Positions 22,330 to 34,283 of a stretch of 64,000 bases of DNA are shown here, piece after piece. The notes beneath the pieces are model-generated. The model was not told where the DNA came from and did not search any database. It saw only the letters and a program-made list of their open reading frames with translations. Position 1 is the stretch's first letter, and the number at the start of each line of letters is the position of its first letter. A program made the translations under genes and the position numbers. This DNA is from Eukaryota sp. TZLM1-RC (lineage: Eukaryota > Protista > Metamonada: BaSk clade), in the NCBI GenBank assembly GCA_040285825.1, contig JAUPSS010000001.1:3038001-3102000 (forward strand), read 5' to 3'.

Positions 22330-23336
22330 ACACGTGCTACGTATTGTGTCCCTAAAACCTTGATCCTTTCTCCTTGGAATTTTCTTTGTTTATTATTGAA
22401 ATTAGTTCAACATCATCAATTTTAAAGGACGGATTATTTTTGTGAATTTGTGGTCAATTTGTGAATACCAGAAACCACCAAATTATTCTACAGCTGAAAC
22501 TAAACAATTAGTCTATTCGAGACCAGACAATAATATTGGAAAGAGCAAGAGCAGACGACTCTGATCTACCGGATAAATTAATTTCATCAACAAAACCAAT
22601 GATTTATGAAGAGCTGCTGTACGTGTTATTCCATATTTGGCAATAATTTTTGAATCTTTCAAAAGAATCAGTGGTACATTAATAAAAATTTAATTAAATG
22701 AAAAAAGCTTAATTAATTAATAAAATAGGACACCAGACGTCCATCTGAAAGACACCAATTTTTGAATTAATGCAAAATTCTTCTTTAATCAAATCTAATC
22801 AAACCTGCAGTTTTGAATACTTTGAGTTAATCAAAATAATAAAGTTGATTGGAAATATCTAGAACCTGAAAGCAAAATTAATCAATAAGCGTTTCACTGA
22901 TGACTATAAATCACAACTAAAATGGTCATGATTGTGGAAAGGAATTCTTTTTTAAAGGAAAAAAATTGAAAACAATTTGAAAACAAATTAAGGAATTCAT
23001 AGAAATTATGCGCAGAAATTGTATTCCAAAATGCCACAACTATTTATGTTGATCTAAAATTCTTTTTTCAATATCTTTAATTACGCCATCAGAACTGGTT
23101 TGGTGTGAAATACAACCGCTTATACCAGGCAAGAAACCTTTTTGAGAATTGGATATTAAATTATTAACAATCATATGATAAATGACAAAGTTTGCCAAAT
23201 AGGTAGTAAGAATTTTAGCTAAGCACGGAGTCACCGAAATAGGTCTCAATTTATTGAATGAACTTGGGCCATCCTTTTTATAAATAAGCTTAGGATCAAC
23301 TGTCTGCCAACATTTTGGATAACGTGAGAGCTTCAA
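22330..23336 (-). mobile_element. Decayed RT of a second non-LTR family (R2/R4/NeSL-like)
   Basis: KLIYKKDGPSSFNKLRPISVTPCLAKIL..SQKGFLPGISGCISH. A degenerate catalytic motif IIGFVDEINL lies at about 22575-22605. Confidence 0.75.
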
Positions 23337-23580
23337 GTATTCTGTTTAATCAGAAATCAATTACTTTTAGAAATGTATTTTCAAAAAAATAAATCTATTT
23401 ATCTAAAGCAAAGTTGGTATGAAAACTTGCTTTATAAGGACGTTTTGATTCTGCAAAACATTTTTTATTTTCTTATATTTGATAGTATTTTAGACCAATA
23501 AAATCTCATCCAGACAAAAATTACCTCTATTTTATCTTTATTGTTCTCTTGTTTTTATTCGAAGCTGTTGCATTTCGTTC

Positions 23581-24723
23581 ATGTCTCAAGGCGAGGAACT
23601 GGCTAAGCTGCAGCTTGAATCTCTCTTCCTGGAACAACAAATAACCCTCAAAAAATACCACAACGTAATCTCTCACCTTCTCAAAGAACTTCAACAGGCC
23701 TCCTCACATGCTACTCTACTTTCAATAATGCAACAATCACTAACCCTCCAAGAAGACATTGCTAAACGCTATAAAACACTCTATGACCACCAAACATCAA
23801 CATTATCAACCTTATCCCATGCAGTCCTCTCTACGCTATCAACTCCCCCTTCTGTTCCTTCGCCACATCCAGATCCTTCTTTTTCTTCACTTTTTGTCTT
23901 TGATTCTTGGGTTAATTCCTTTCTGGCGAACCTTTCGCCTAGTAGTTCTTTCCCTCAAACGGTCAGCTTTCTTCTTCATTTTTTGTCAGGTTTATGTTCT
24001 TTATTTCGGGTATGTGAAACAAAAGAAAAAGATGAAATTGAGTTATTGATTTTAAATACAGTTCATTTAATTAATAATGTTATTTATTTATCAAGTTCCA
24101 ATAAATATGATTCCTCGTTAATTGAACTAATAAAGGACCGTAGATGGAAAGTCGTGAAAAGTAAAGTGAGTCAAGCCAAGTCAAACAGTAGGTCAAAATG
24201 TGGAGATGTGACATCAAATTTTTACTGCCATATTATGAATTTCTTGGATGAGTTGAGCAAGCATTCATTTGAGGAATTATTCAAGTTTTCCATTAAAATG
24301 ATCCCCTTTACTAAAATTTTCGAACTATTGACAAGCTCTAGAATTTTGGTTTTACCAAATTTTCAACTTCAAAATGAACTTGATCTTGAACAATTTTATT
24401 CCTTTGCTGATAATTATTTGTCCGAATGTTTGCAAAATTCCTTGACTAACATCAAGAAGGACAATTCTGACGAAGTGAAAGCCTTAGAAGAGACAAATTT
24501 GTTGTTAAATGTCGAAAATAAAGCTCTCAAGGTCAAAATTAATGAAGGAAACTCCACAGTAAGGTCTACAGTAAGATCTACAGTTGAACCTACTGTAAAC
24601 TCTACAGTGGTACCTATCTTAGAAGATTCACCAACCGTTGTACCAGCAAACACTCGAGCACTGTTTTCAAACAATGAATTAAGAATTAAAGCTATTCAAA
24701 TGTCCAAAATTCGGCCTTTATAG
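23581..24723 (+). CDS. Hypothetical protein with coiled-coil segments
   Basis: 380-aa ATG-started ORF with gene-like composition; no family recognised. Confidence 0.65.
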   Translation: MSQGEELAKLQLESLFLEQQITLKKYHNVISHLLKELQQASSHATLLSIMQQSLTLQEDIAKRYKTLYDHQTSTLSTLSHAVLSTLSTPPSVPSPHPDPSFSSLFVFDSWVNSFLANLSPSSSFPQTVSFLLHFLSGLCSLFRVCETKEKDEIELLILNTVHLINNVIYLSSSNKYDSSLIELIKDRRWKVVKSKVSQAKSNSRSKCGDVTSNFYCHIMNFLDELSKHSFEELFKFSIKMIPFTKIFELLTSSRILVLPNFQLQNELDLEQFYSFADNYLSECLQNSLTNIKKDNSDEVKALEETNLLLNVENKALKVKINEGNSTVRSTVRSTVEPTVNSTVVPILEDSPTVVPANTRALFSNNELRIKAIQMSKIRPL

Positions 24724-25059
24724 AACTTTCAATTTTTTCTTTCAAGTTTGTTTTTCTTTATCATTGCTTTGTTAAAAACAATTTGTTTTGGTCACATTAA
24801 AAACCATTTTTAAGTTGGCTTTCGTGCTTCTTTTGGGTTTTTTTTGGTGTTTGATGAGATGCTGAGGTTTTTAGACCAATTTTCTATTCAATTTTTTTGG
24901 TTTTTTTTTCAATTGTAGAGGTCAATTGACACAAGCCCGTTCTTTCGAAAGCTGACGTTAACGAATCATCAGCCAGATAAAATTTCTGGATATTGAAGAA
25001 AAAAATTAAATAAACCACATCATCACTTTTAATTATACCAACAAAACTAAAACAAAAAA

Positions 25060-25680
25060 CTATCTCTTCTTCTGTATAGTAAAACCCTTTTGGATTGTCT
25101 GTACCGACCTCGTAGCACCACAACAGTTACAATTCACAAAATAAAGTTTTGATTCCTTATGCAGTTGAGTATCAGCGGATTTGCAAATCTTACACAGCAC
25201 AAACTCCATGATATAATTGCGGAGAATGAATTCGATTTCCTTTTCATTGTAACGGCCACGGATGAGGAGTCTGTCGCTACCATCAACGGAGGCAGTGGTA
25301 CCCATTTCAGCAAGGAAAAAGTGCATGAGATGTTCAGGGTTACGCTTGAGGAGACCAGCGATTTCCTTGAAGTTACTCCAAACGGTTTTCCTACCGGTAT
25401 CTCTGTGAACGCGTGGTGGCTTCATGACAAGCTTTTTCCTGTCTGACAGTAATTCAGGGTTACGAGCTTGAAGGTTCTCATAGAGGCGAGAGAGGAGACG
25501 TTTGTAAGCGTAAGGTGATTCTTCTGATGCTTGAAGAGCAGCAACAGAGACTTCTTCTTCTACAATTGTGGTGGCAGAAGACTCCATGGCTGTTTTGAGG
25601 GTCTTGACCTCAGAAGCTTCACGGACCTTCTTCTTTTTCTTTTTCTTTTCGCCTAGGAAAGCAGGTAGAGGAGCAGACAT
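25060..25680 (-). CDS. EIF2S2: Translation initiation factor eIF2 beta subunit
   Basis: Poly-Lys box, KTVWSNF, HFFLAEMGTTASVDG, C2-C2 finger CKICKSADT..CNCCGA. Confidence 0.95.
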   Translation of the reverse strand: MSAPLPAFLGEKKKKKKKVREASEVKTLKTAMESSATTIVEEEVSVAALQASEESPYAYKRLLSRLYENLQARNPELLSDRKKLVMKPPRVHRDTGRKTVWSNFKEIAGLLKRNPEHLMHFFLAEMGTTASVDGSDRLLIRGRYNEKEIEFILRNYIMEFVLCKICKSADTQLHKESKLYFVNCNCCGATRSVQTIQKGFTIQKKR

Positions 25681-25709
25681 CAGTTAACAAGAGAAATTCA
25701 ACTTTTAAA

Positions 25710-26880
25710 TTTTATTTATTTATTTATTTTTTTTACAATCAAATCATTTTCTTCGAAGAATCAAATAAAACAAACTAAAACACATAAGAAACTAAATTCT
25801 CCACACCAACTCTTGATGAATCCTTATAAAGTTTAGACATCATTAAACTCAAGTATTTGGGAACACTTCTGTACAAAGCGAAAATGATACGATTTTTCCA
25901 TGAATTCTCTGCAAAATTCTTACCACTTGAACGACATAAATTACCAAAATCATTGATGAAATTCATAGCGGATTGTCCAATGTTGCCAAAAATCGAAAAG
26001 GCAAAAGGAACAAACGAAAACTTCGAATAAAGGTTCTTATTTAAATCATTTAATATCTCAGTATATTTATCTCTCTTACGATCTTCAGCCTTGTTTAAAT
26101 GACCATTAGTACTAAGTAAAACATCATCGCGATAAACCAAAGCAAAGGGATCAACTGTAGTGAAATCAACAACAACTTGAGAGGAATCCACAAAAGGAGC
26201 AATTAAATCACCTCGACGTGATTGATTGACGTGAGAAACTTTTAAATTTATTTATTTTTAAAACTGCAAACTAGAAATCAATATCCTCGAAACAAGCTTC
26301 CACACCATCAAACCGTACAACCACAATTTTTCGTAATGTGCACTGGTAGACATCAAAGCTTTCGAAATCATTTTCGGAATTGATTTGAAAATAGTTAAAA
26401 CAATACGATTTAACCACAAACATTTAGGCAACATTTAGGCACAACAACATCAGCACGTAGCTTTCCATATTCTGAATCTCCTACGTTTTTATATATATCA
26501 AGAGACCTTAACAAAGGTTCTACAAATGATTCAATATGACGGGATTACACATTGAATGTATTTGATCTCTGACTGCATCATGCAAAGTAGAACGATAAAA
26601 AATAAATCTGTTGTATAATTGTGATAATGTCAAACCAGCTCCACATTTGGAAAACAAATCATTGGGCAAATTACAGGGCCACAAAAAACAACGCATTCTC
26701 ATTGCAATAGTCCATTGATCGTCATTTAAAAATAGGCCATAAATTTGGGGAATTTGATTCAACAAAGCTACAGATGAACTCTCCTTCAAATCAATCAAAC
26801 AATTAGCAAAAACAGGATTTCCTTGCTTAACCGTGCTCAAACGAATAATAAAATCTTTACTTTCAAATTTTTTCAAAAGA
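25710..26880 (-). mobile_element. Two head-to-tail 3' fragments of CRE-like elements (about 26244-26880 and 25710-26240), each ending in a (TAAA)n-like tail
   Basis: MRMRCFLWP..HDAVRDQ..RADVVVP..WLNRIVLTIFK, followed by RRGDLIAP..VVDFTTVDP..KRDKY..WKNRIIF. Confidence 0.85.
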
Positions 26881-27529
26881 TGTCGTTACTTGTAAATCTA
26901 GAATGAGATTCCAAATTATTATTCCATGAATAAAATAGGTCTAAAAGGATTGTTACAGCAGTCGTTACGCCATGATGTATTGTTGCTTTTTGTAATGTAT
27001 CTCACACTGCTATATTTATCACAATTTTTTTAGTTTGAATTCTTCAGAAAAATACTGAGAATCTTCATGATTCAGTCGATCTATCTGCAATGTATGCACA
27101 TTTCAGAGAATGGTGTCAAGTAATCAAGACTTAAACAGTGATTGTGCCAAATCTTGCTTTTAGAAACTGTTTGAAACACCAAAAAATGAATCAATATTGA
27201 TAGAATTTGATATAGAAATCTAAAAATTCTGTGTGTCTATGGAAATGTCACCCCTGACAGTTATTAATAATGTAATTTAAAACAAATATTTAAAAGAAAA
27301 GTTTAAAAAAGTTCTAAATTCAAAACTGCAAGTAAAAATGATCTTGTAGGATCAAAATAAGCCATTGATACTTGAATTAGTAGAAGACAAACAAAGTTTA
27401 GAAGAAAAAGAACAAATGAGGAATCAAACTATTGAAAAAAGTATTGCTGCCTGGTGTACGGATTTACTTTTTAATCAAAAAGGCGAAAACATTGTGCAGT
27501 ATCACTGTATTTTAGTATCACAATGTATC

Positions 27530-27755
27530 ACAACATTGGACAGTTTGCCTTGAATTTTGTCAAAGATTTTGGTAATTTATGTCGTTCAAGTGATAAGAAT
27601 TTTGCATGGAATTTATGGAGGAATCGTATCATTTTCGCTTTGTACAGAAGTGTTCCCAAATACTTGAGTTTAATGATGTCCAAGCTGTATAAGGATTCTT
27701 CAAGATTTGACGTGGAGAATTTTGTTTCTTATGTGTTTTAGTTTGTTTTGTTTTA
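27530..27755 (+). mobile_element. CRE-like 3' fragment, inverted near-copy of 25760-25985
   Basis: NIGQ.A.NF..DFGNLCRSS.KNFA...W.NRIIFALYRSVPKYLSLMMSKLYKDSSR..VEN.VSYVF is shared by both. Confidence 0.9.
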
Positions 27756-27796
27756 AAATGGAATGTTTCCCAATAGAAAACCAAAAAAAGTTTTAT

Positions 27797-29593
27797 TTAC
27801 AATTTACAGCACATATCTTTCAACCAAGACTTTGTTTCTTCATTGACCAATGGATGAATCTTGTCCATAATCATATCATAGTAATTATTTACCCATTCTT
27901 TTTGCTTCTCGCTCAACAAATCAGGATTTAAAAGCTTGAAATCATAAGGAACTAAAGTAAATGTTTCAAAACCAAGCCATTTGGGAAAAATTTCCTTAAC
28001 CAACATCAAATTCTCAGTTCTGATTCCATATTCGTTTTCCTTATAATAACCAGGTTCATTACTCAGAATCATTCCTTCCTTCAGCTTGTCACTATTTTTT
28101 TCAGAAATGCCCGCCCCACTTTCATGCACCTCTCTGATTCCTACACCATGCCCGACACCATGACCAAAGGTTCTACACTGGTCGTAGAGGTGTCTTCTGG
28201 CGACAATATTTAACTGTGATCCCAACGTGTCAACTGGGAATTTTGACAAGAAGAGATCAATGTGACCCATCAAAACTCGAGTGTAGTTGTCAATAATTTC
28301 GCTATTTGGACATTTATCTCTTCCAAGATAGAAAGTTCTGGTAACATCCGTTGTTCCTTCAAAATAGAAACCACCAGAATCAATCAAAATCACGTCACCT
28401 TGATTGATTGGTTGCTGTTTATGCGGTCTGTAATGTACAACTGCTGCATTGCCATTGACAGCCACAATTGATTCAAAAGAAGGAGAAATAAAATTGTGCT
28501 TTTCCTGACGTTTCTCAATCAAAAAATCAGAAAAGTCTTCTTCAGTCAAACGTTTTTTACCCTCAATTACAGACCTATGCAAGGAGCAAAAGGCCTCACA
28601 CAAGGCCACAGAATCCTTCAAACTCGCTGTTCTCTGATTTTCTTGTTCAACAGGATTCTTGACGACTTTGAGGTCAATAATGAACGATTTTTGAACTGTA
28701 TACTGATCTAAATCATACTCAGACTCCTCAGCGTCATGAAAAGGTTTCAAAATAGAAAATGGCGTTGTGCATGGGATAAACACTCTCCTTTTCCACAACC
28801 GCATTTCCTCAGCTACCTTTTCCACTCCTTCCCTCTTCACCTCCACTCCTTCCTTTCGCAACTCTTCTTCTGCTGTACTTCCAAATCTCTGGCTCTCTGG
28901 CACCACAAGCACCGCTTTCTCCTTTGTAATGATGGAATACGTGTAGGCTGGGCAAGTACTGAAGGGAATGGCTAATGAATCCAAGTTGAACACCCATGCA
29001 GTTTCGGGTAAAGAGGAAATAATCATAGCATCATGATCCCCTAACTCCTGGCGTACAATGGCAATCTTTTCAGACATGGTAGCACCAGTGTACGTGACAT
29101 TCCGGTGGTAGATCTTGGTGGATGGTAAGGTGGGTCTCATGTTAACTTCGTCCTGGTCCCATAGGTCCCCCACAATGTCAGTAGTCATGGGGAACAGCGT
29201 GATGTTGTGTGAAGAGAATAGTTTTTCATAGTCGAAAACTTCCTTAATGGAAATGAGATCGGAATAGACACCAACGGTTGAATTAGGGGGTAGATGTTTT
29301 GAACACCATTTAGAAGGAGAATCGGCATTGGGTTCAGAGGATCGCATAAGAATCCATTCAGGAGAGAGTTCTTCTGTAGCTTGAATGTAGTATCTAGAGT
29401 CTGTGAATAAAAGGGCTTCGTCTTGTGTAATTATGACTGTCGCAGCAGAACCAGAGAAGTTTGAAACATATTTCACACGATATTCACGAAGAGGGGGATA
29501 TTCACTTTGATGAGCATCACGATGAGGGAGAAGAAGTGCGGTGAGGTTGTTGACCTGGAGATGTGATCTAATCGACTGAAGAACAGATGGCAT
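27797..29593 (-). CDS. XPNPEP1: Xaa-Pro aminopeptidase P (M24B); likely start ATG at 29593
   Basis: DAHQSEY, FTDSRYYIQA, IDSGG..GTTDVTRT, HGVGHGVG..VHE, SNEPGYYKENEYGIRTEN. Confidence 0.93.
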   Translation of the reverse strand: MPSVLQSIRSHLQVNNLTALLLPHRDAHQSEYPPLREYRVKYVSNFSGSAATVIITQDEALLFTDSRYYIQATEELSPEWILMRSSEPNADSPSKWCSKHLPPNSTVGVYSDLISIKEVFDYEKLFSSHNITLFPMTTDIVGDLWDQDEVNMRPTLPSTKIYHRNVTYTGATMSEKIAIVRQELGDHDAMIISSLPETAWVFNLDSLAIPFSTCPAYTYSIITKEKAVLVVPESQRFGSTAEEELRKEGVEVKREGVEKVAEEMRLWKRRVFIPCTTPFSILKPFHDAEESEYDLDQYTVQKSFIIDLKVVKNPVEQENQRTASLKDSVALCEAFCSLHRSVIEGKKRLTEEDFSDFLIEKRQEKHNFISPSFESIVAVNGNAAVVHYRPHKQQPINQGDVILIDSGGFYFEGTTDVTRTFYLGRDKCPNSEIIDNYTRVLMGHIDLFLSKFPVDTLGSQLNIVARRHLYDQCRTFGHGVGHGVGIREVHESGAGISEKNSDKLKEGMILSNEPGYYKENEYGIRTENLMLVKEIFPKWLGFETFTLVPYDFKLLNPDLLSEKQKEWVNNYYDMIMDKIHPLVNEETKSWLKDMCCKL

Positions 29594-30688
29594 TAGAAAA
29601 AAATACAACAGTTCCTTCAGTTCACAATCCAACTTTTCTCTTCTCTTAGACTCTGTCAAAATGGTTGATGATGGAATAGAGTCATCGCAATATCATGTAG
29701 TGCTTTGTAGCCACGTAAGCATAGTTTAAGTGTTTTTATAAGTTTTAATAAGCATAATTTTACGTCCATGTTAGATCTTTGAATGATTTGTTTGTATTTT
29801 GTTTATTCATTTGGAGCTTTCAATTTAACATCCCAATCAGTATTACCATCTCCATTGTTTTTGTCATAAGGAGCATTATTTAGGTGCAATACTCATCTAC
29901 CAAGTAGACCACAAAACAAGCTCGTCTGAGAATTGTCTGGAGATTCAACAATTAGTGGTACTCACTATCAAACAGTAATTTGGAACGACTCAAAATGATT
30001 TGTTCTTTGTTGAGTTGATTTTTCAGAAAATTCTGGTCTGGGAACAAGTCACTGTTAATCATTATGATGTTTGGGGCACTGTTTCCACTTTTCTGAACTT
30101 CTTGGTTTGAAGCTCAAGTTTTTATTATGATTATGATCGGGAGTTCTTCGTTGAGTTTGCTTTTGTGTATTCCATGGTTCTATTTGTACCTCATGTCAAT
30201 AAACAAAACAGCTAATGTAGGTATCAAGTTGTACAGCTGATCCACGTGTGCATTTTTAGTACTCAAAAAATTAATCGTTGACTAATCTTCGTAGAAGAAG
30301 TGTTTAAGCTAGCGAGATATAGTTATATGTGACAAAAAGTAGTACAAATTGAAAAATGTCAGCAAAAGTAGATACTATCAATAGTTAATGGAATGAGAGC
30401 AGCATCTGATTGAGGTATCTGATTGATTCAGAAAACACAAAAAAGGGATTAAGTAGGGAAGGGAAAAGAAAAGGCATTGGTATTCAACCTAAAATTCAAC
30501 CACAGTAATATGGTTCAAAACCTCCAAACCTAGCCCAATATGGTTGTTTCAATGATACTTCTGGTGTTGAGACATTAATGTCGTTTTGCAGAACACATCA
30601 GCTTCCCAATTGTCAGGATATCTTTCACTTCATCGAAGTGCTTACCTGAATTCCTTGTTCTACACTACTAATCATACTATACCCCCTC

Positions 30689-32809
30689 ATGGGTTTATGT
30701 GGTCTTCGTTTTACTTGTCGTATATGTTATCGAAAAGGTCTCAAACGCTACTCTGTGATTCGCCTTCAGTGCTCACACAAATTCTGCAAATCTTGCCTCT
30801 GCAACTACGTCAATGATCGCCTCAACAAACCTCTATCTCTTCGTTGTCCTGACTCTTCTTGTGGTGCGCGCATCGGAAACATTGACATGCGTTCATTCCT
30901 GGGAAGACGAGAATATCGCCGCATCGAGGATCTTATCAACAGAAAGCTCCTTGAACACTCTCCTCTCTTCATTATGTGTTCTAATCGTGGCTGTGATGGG
31001 TATGCCGTACTCCCACTTGTAACCACTGATGAACATGACAAATGGAGATGTCCCCATTGTGATCGGATTACTTGCACAAATTGTCGGATTCCAGATCATG
31101 TAGGCAAGAATTGTCAAGAATACCAGCAATTCGAACTCCTCAACACACCCCTGTCCTCATTTCCCTTTCCTGAACAAAAAAGAATTCGGCTTCTTCGACG
31201 TCATACCAAGACCTGTCCCAATGGTCATCGTACTCGTAAAGTACCAGTGACACTGCTGGAAGGGGTGGATGGGGGCCAAATAGGAAGTAATCATGTGGAG
31301 TGTGCAGTGTGCAAGGTTGAATTTTGTTGGGTTTGCAGGAAGGAGTACCAACGTGGTCATTTCAACTTTCGATTGTCCTATTGCCCAATTGCTGAGTTAA
31401 TGATGACGTTGACAGTCAACAATGACGTGATACTTTCCTCTACGCATTTACCCCAACAAATTAGCGAGTATGTAGTAGGTGACCATGATGTGAAGAAGAT
31501 TAGGGTTTATAATATTGAAACTAACCTAGTTACCCACCAAGGAGACCTTACATCACCTTCACTACTACGTCCAGCTGCTAATCGCATTATCATCCACATC
31601 CGTAATGGTTCGGTGGTTCAAGTGGTTTGTCCTAGGGGATCAGCACCATACAAGCTGATTGATCATCTGGGAATGACAATCATCTCATCTCCTGCTCCTT
31701 CCACTGTTAATCCATGGGCTACTCCCTTCACCCCTGCAACGCCTGCATGGTCAACGCCAGGGTTTAATCGGCATCGTATCAACATTGATCAGGCCATCAC
31801 CCCAGATCCTCTGCTTGAGGAGAGTCCTTGTGAAGGAGAGGTGGGTGAACATGGAAAAGGGAGTAAGAATCGAGGTGATGCAATTGTAGGATCTTTACCT
31901 GTCTCACACCATGAAATTGTTCCTCCCCAAAGAGCAAAGGATTCACGACTTCTTAAACCCTTTTCCACGCCTTCTCTCACCTCTGCCAAGCCTTCGTCCA
32001 ATTCGTTCTCGCACCCTCCAACCGCACCCATCTCCACTCGTAAAGGTCCCCATTCACCTACACCTCGACGACGCCCACCTCCACCCACCAACCCTCAAGA
32101 AAACCCCGTTGGTCTTGCTCCTTCTCACATTGCCAAAGCCATCACGTCAGCAGAAGAAAAGGCGCGTCTGAATGGCCAAACGTGTCCGACGCCAAGGTCG
32201 TATCATAAGCAGATCAGCGACTCTACCCTGCCAAGTGAGCTAGATTTGCAACGTTTTAGGGCTCTTTCGAATCACCTTTCTTCCTGTCTGTGCAAGAAAT
32301 GTCTGTTGTTCAGGTCCTTGACTTTTACTCACCCCTCTGCTTACTTTGATTCCCGATCTGATGTCGTTCCAAGTTTTAACAGGACCACTAATATCACATC
32401 ACCTATCTTTGCGATGGACTCACGATCTCGTCATTCTTCCGATATGGAGACAACGTCCTCCACCAGGCCTTCTATGTCTAGCTCCTCACGACGGACTGCA
32501 GTGACGCCTCCAAAAGGACATCCTGCTACGTGCTTGTGTAGGGCCTGTCTTGATGCAAAGGCGAGCACGAGGGGGAAGCAAGAGAGTTGTAATGAAAGCT
32601 CTTTGGAACCGCCACTAAAGGGTTCTGAAGTTCGCAAATTTTTAGAGAATTTTGGGAAACTGCCACGTAAGCAGTCGTCAGCAAATGTTTGCACCGGGAT
32701 TGGTTTGGGTTCTTTGGATGATGGCAATAATGCAACTAGCCCAGTGACGATGACATCCAAAAGTTCTGATACACTTAGTCTCTCACCTGATGTTGCAGGG
32801 AAAAAGTGA
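30689..32809 (+). CDS. RBR (RING1-IBR-RING2) family protein with a long disordered C-terminus
   Basis: RING1: CRIC..CSHKFCKSC..CPDSSC. IBR: CSNRGC..CPHC..CTNC..H..C. RING2: CPNGH..GSNHVECAVCKVEFCWVC. Confidence 0.88.
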   Translation: MGLCGLRFTCRICYRKGLKRYSVIRLQCSHKFCKSCLCNYVNDRLNKPLSLRCPDSSCGARIGNIDMRSFLGRREYRRIEDLINRKLLEHSPLFIMCSNRGCDGYAVLPLVTTDEHDKWRCPHCDRITCTNCRIPDHVGKNCQEYQQFELLNTPLSSFPFPEQKRIRLLRRHTKTCPNGHRTRKVPVTLLEGVDGGQIGSNHVECAVCKVEFCWVCRKEYQRGHFNFRLSYCPIAELMMTLTVNNDVILSSTHLPQQISEYVVGDHDVKKIRVYNIETNLVTHQGDLTSPSLLRPAANRIIIHIRNGSVVQVVCPRGSAPYKLIDHLGMTIISSPAPSTVNPWATPFTPATPAWSTPGFNRHRINIDQAITPDPLLEESPCEGEVGEHGKGSKNRGDAIVGSLPVSHHEIVPPQRAKDSRLLKPFSTPSLTSAKPSSNSFSHPPTAPISTRKGPHSPTPRRRPPPPTNPQENPVGLAPSHIAKAITSAEEKARLNGQTCPTPRSYHKQISDSTLPSELDLQRFRALSNHLSSCLCKKCLLFRSLTFTHPSAYFDSRSDVVPSFNRTTNITSPIFAMDSRSRHSSDMETTSSTRPSMSSSSRRTAVTPPKGHPATCLCRACLDAKASTRGKQESCNESSLEPPLKGSEVRKFLENFGKLPRKQSSANVCTGIGLGSLDDGNNATSPVTMTSKSSDTLSLSPDVAGKK

Positions 32810-34283
32810 GCTTGTGAAGGTGTTTTTTTGTATATTTTTGTGTTATAAATTAAATGATTAGAAATATTATGCCTTTTTTAAAACGCCTTTGAGTTGAAAT
32901 CTTTCTATTAAAGGTGTGATTATTTGGAAAATATGGGTTAATTCCGATCTAAATCAGTTTGCATTATAACATTTTCTTTTAATTATTTCCAGCACTCAAT
33001 AATTATTATAGTGAATAATATCAACAATTGGGGCGGGTTCTTTATCAACTATGATCCAAAATGTTGTAGCAAAAAGGCTTTTAAACAACCACTCTGATTT
33101 GAAACAGAAAATACACTTGAAATTGTTCTGAACATCTTTTTAGAACCATCAAACATTTTTTGTTCAAATTTAATGAAACACAACTGTTTTTTCTGATTTC
33201 ATGACAATTTCTTAATTGTATAGCCGATTATCCACTAAAAATCGAACATCTTGCTGATAAAATACAATAAAATACGATAGTAGGACCCAACAACATATGA
33301 ATAAAAAAAATCAGTGTATGAAGTCTCTTTTCTTTTCTCCAAACTTATCTGTTGTATCCCAATTGTGCCTTCATCTGCTCTGTTGGCATCACAAATAGCC
33401 TCAATTTTGGAAATATTTCTTCATTTAACACTAAGAATGTGTATTAACAGCATTTATTTTAAGGTTATTCATAACACAATTTGTTAAATTCTGCTGAGTT
33501 TGTTTTATTCACAGTGGCGCTTCCTCGTCACTTAATGATCTTCTAGTCGAAATTTTCGTGAAAAGTCTCTATTTATCATTACAGTGAATTCAGATAAATT
33601 ATACACTAATACCTACAAAATATTAGTTTTTAAAAGTATAGGACAAAACTAACAGCAGAACTGACAGTATGCCAGATTTGTTATCTGAATTTCCCACACC
33701 TTTTCCAAAACAACAAACAATGTCTTGGAGCATTAATTCAGAACAATTGTTTAGCAATTGAACTCGAAAGAACTTCAAAGAACCTACCAAATGAACATGT
33801 TTAAGAAAGTTATCAGAAATGTATGGTTTCAAACTGTTTTAATTGATGAGTTTCAAATCAATTGTCGTTTTCATTGTAAGAAAGCAAAAGACAGTTGAAA
33901 CATTGAAATGTTGCAACAAAGAAGAATATGAAAGACATTTGAGATGATTATTAATTATACCGTGTTTGTAAAAACTTTGGGCCCGAAAACATTGGCAATT
34001 TAAAACTTTAGGACAAAGAGGTAAAACTCCCAAAGTTTTTACAAACACGGTATGCTTACCATATGTAAATGGTGTGAAAATCTGTGTAAAAGAGATCGAA
34101 CTGTTGTGTGAAATATTTTGACCGTGATGGAAGTGTATGTGAATGGTAGGGATATTGCTAGGGCATTGATGAAGCCTTTGTGAGTGACGAAGAAAAACTT
34201 CCATTTTCAAAGAAACTCAGTTTCGTACCTCTATATCAGTGTGAAGGCCACTTATACCGTTGTTATAGATAATATCCTTAAGA

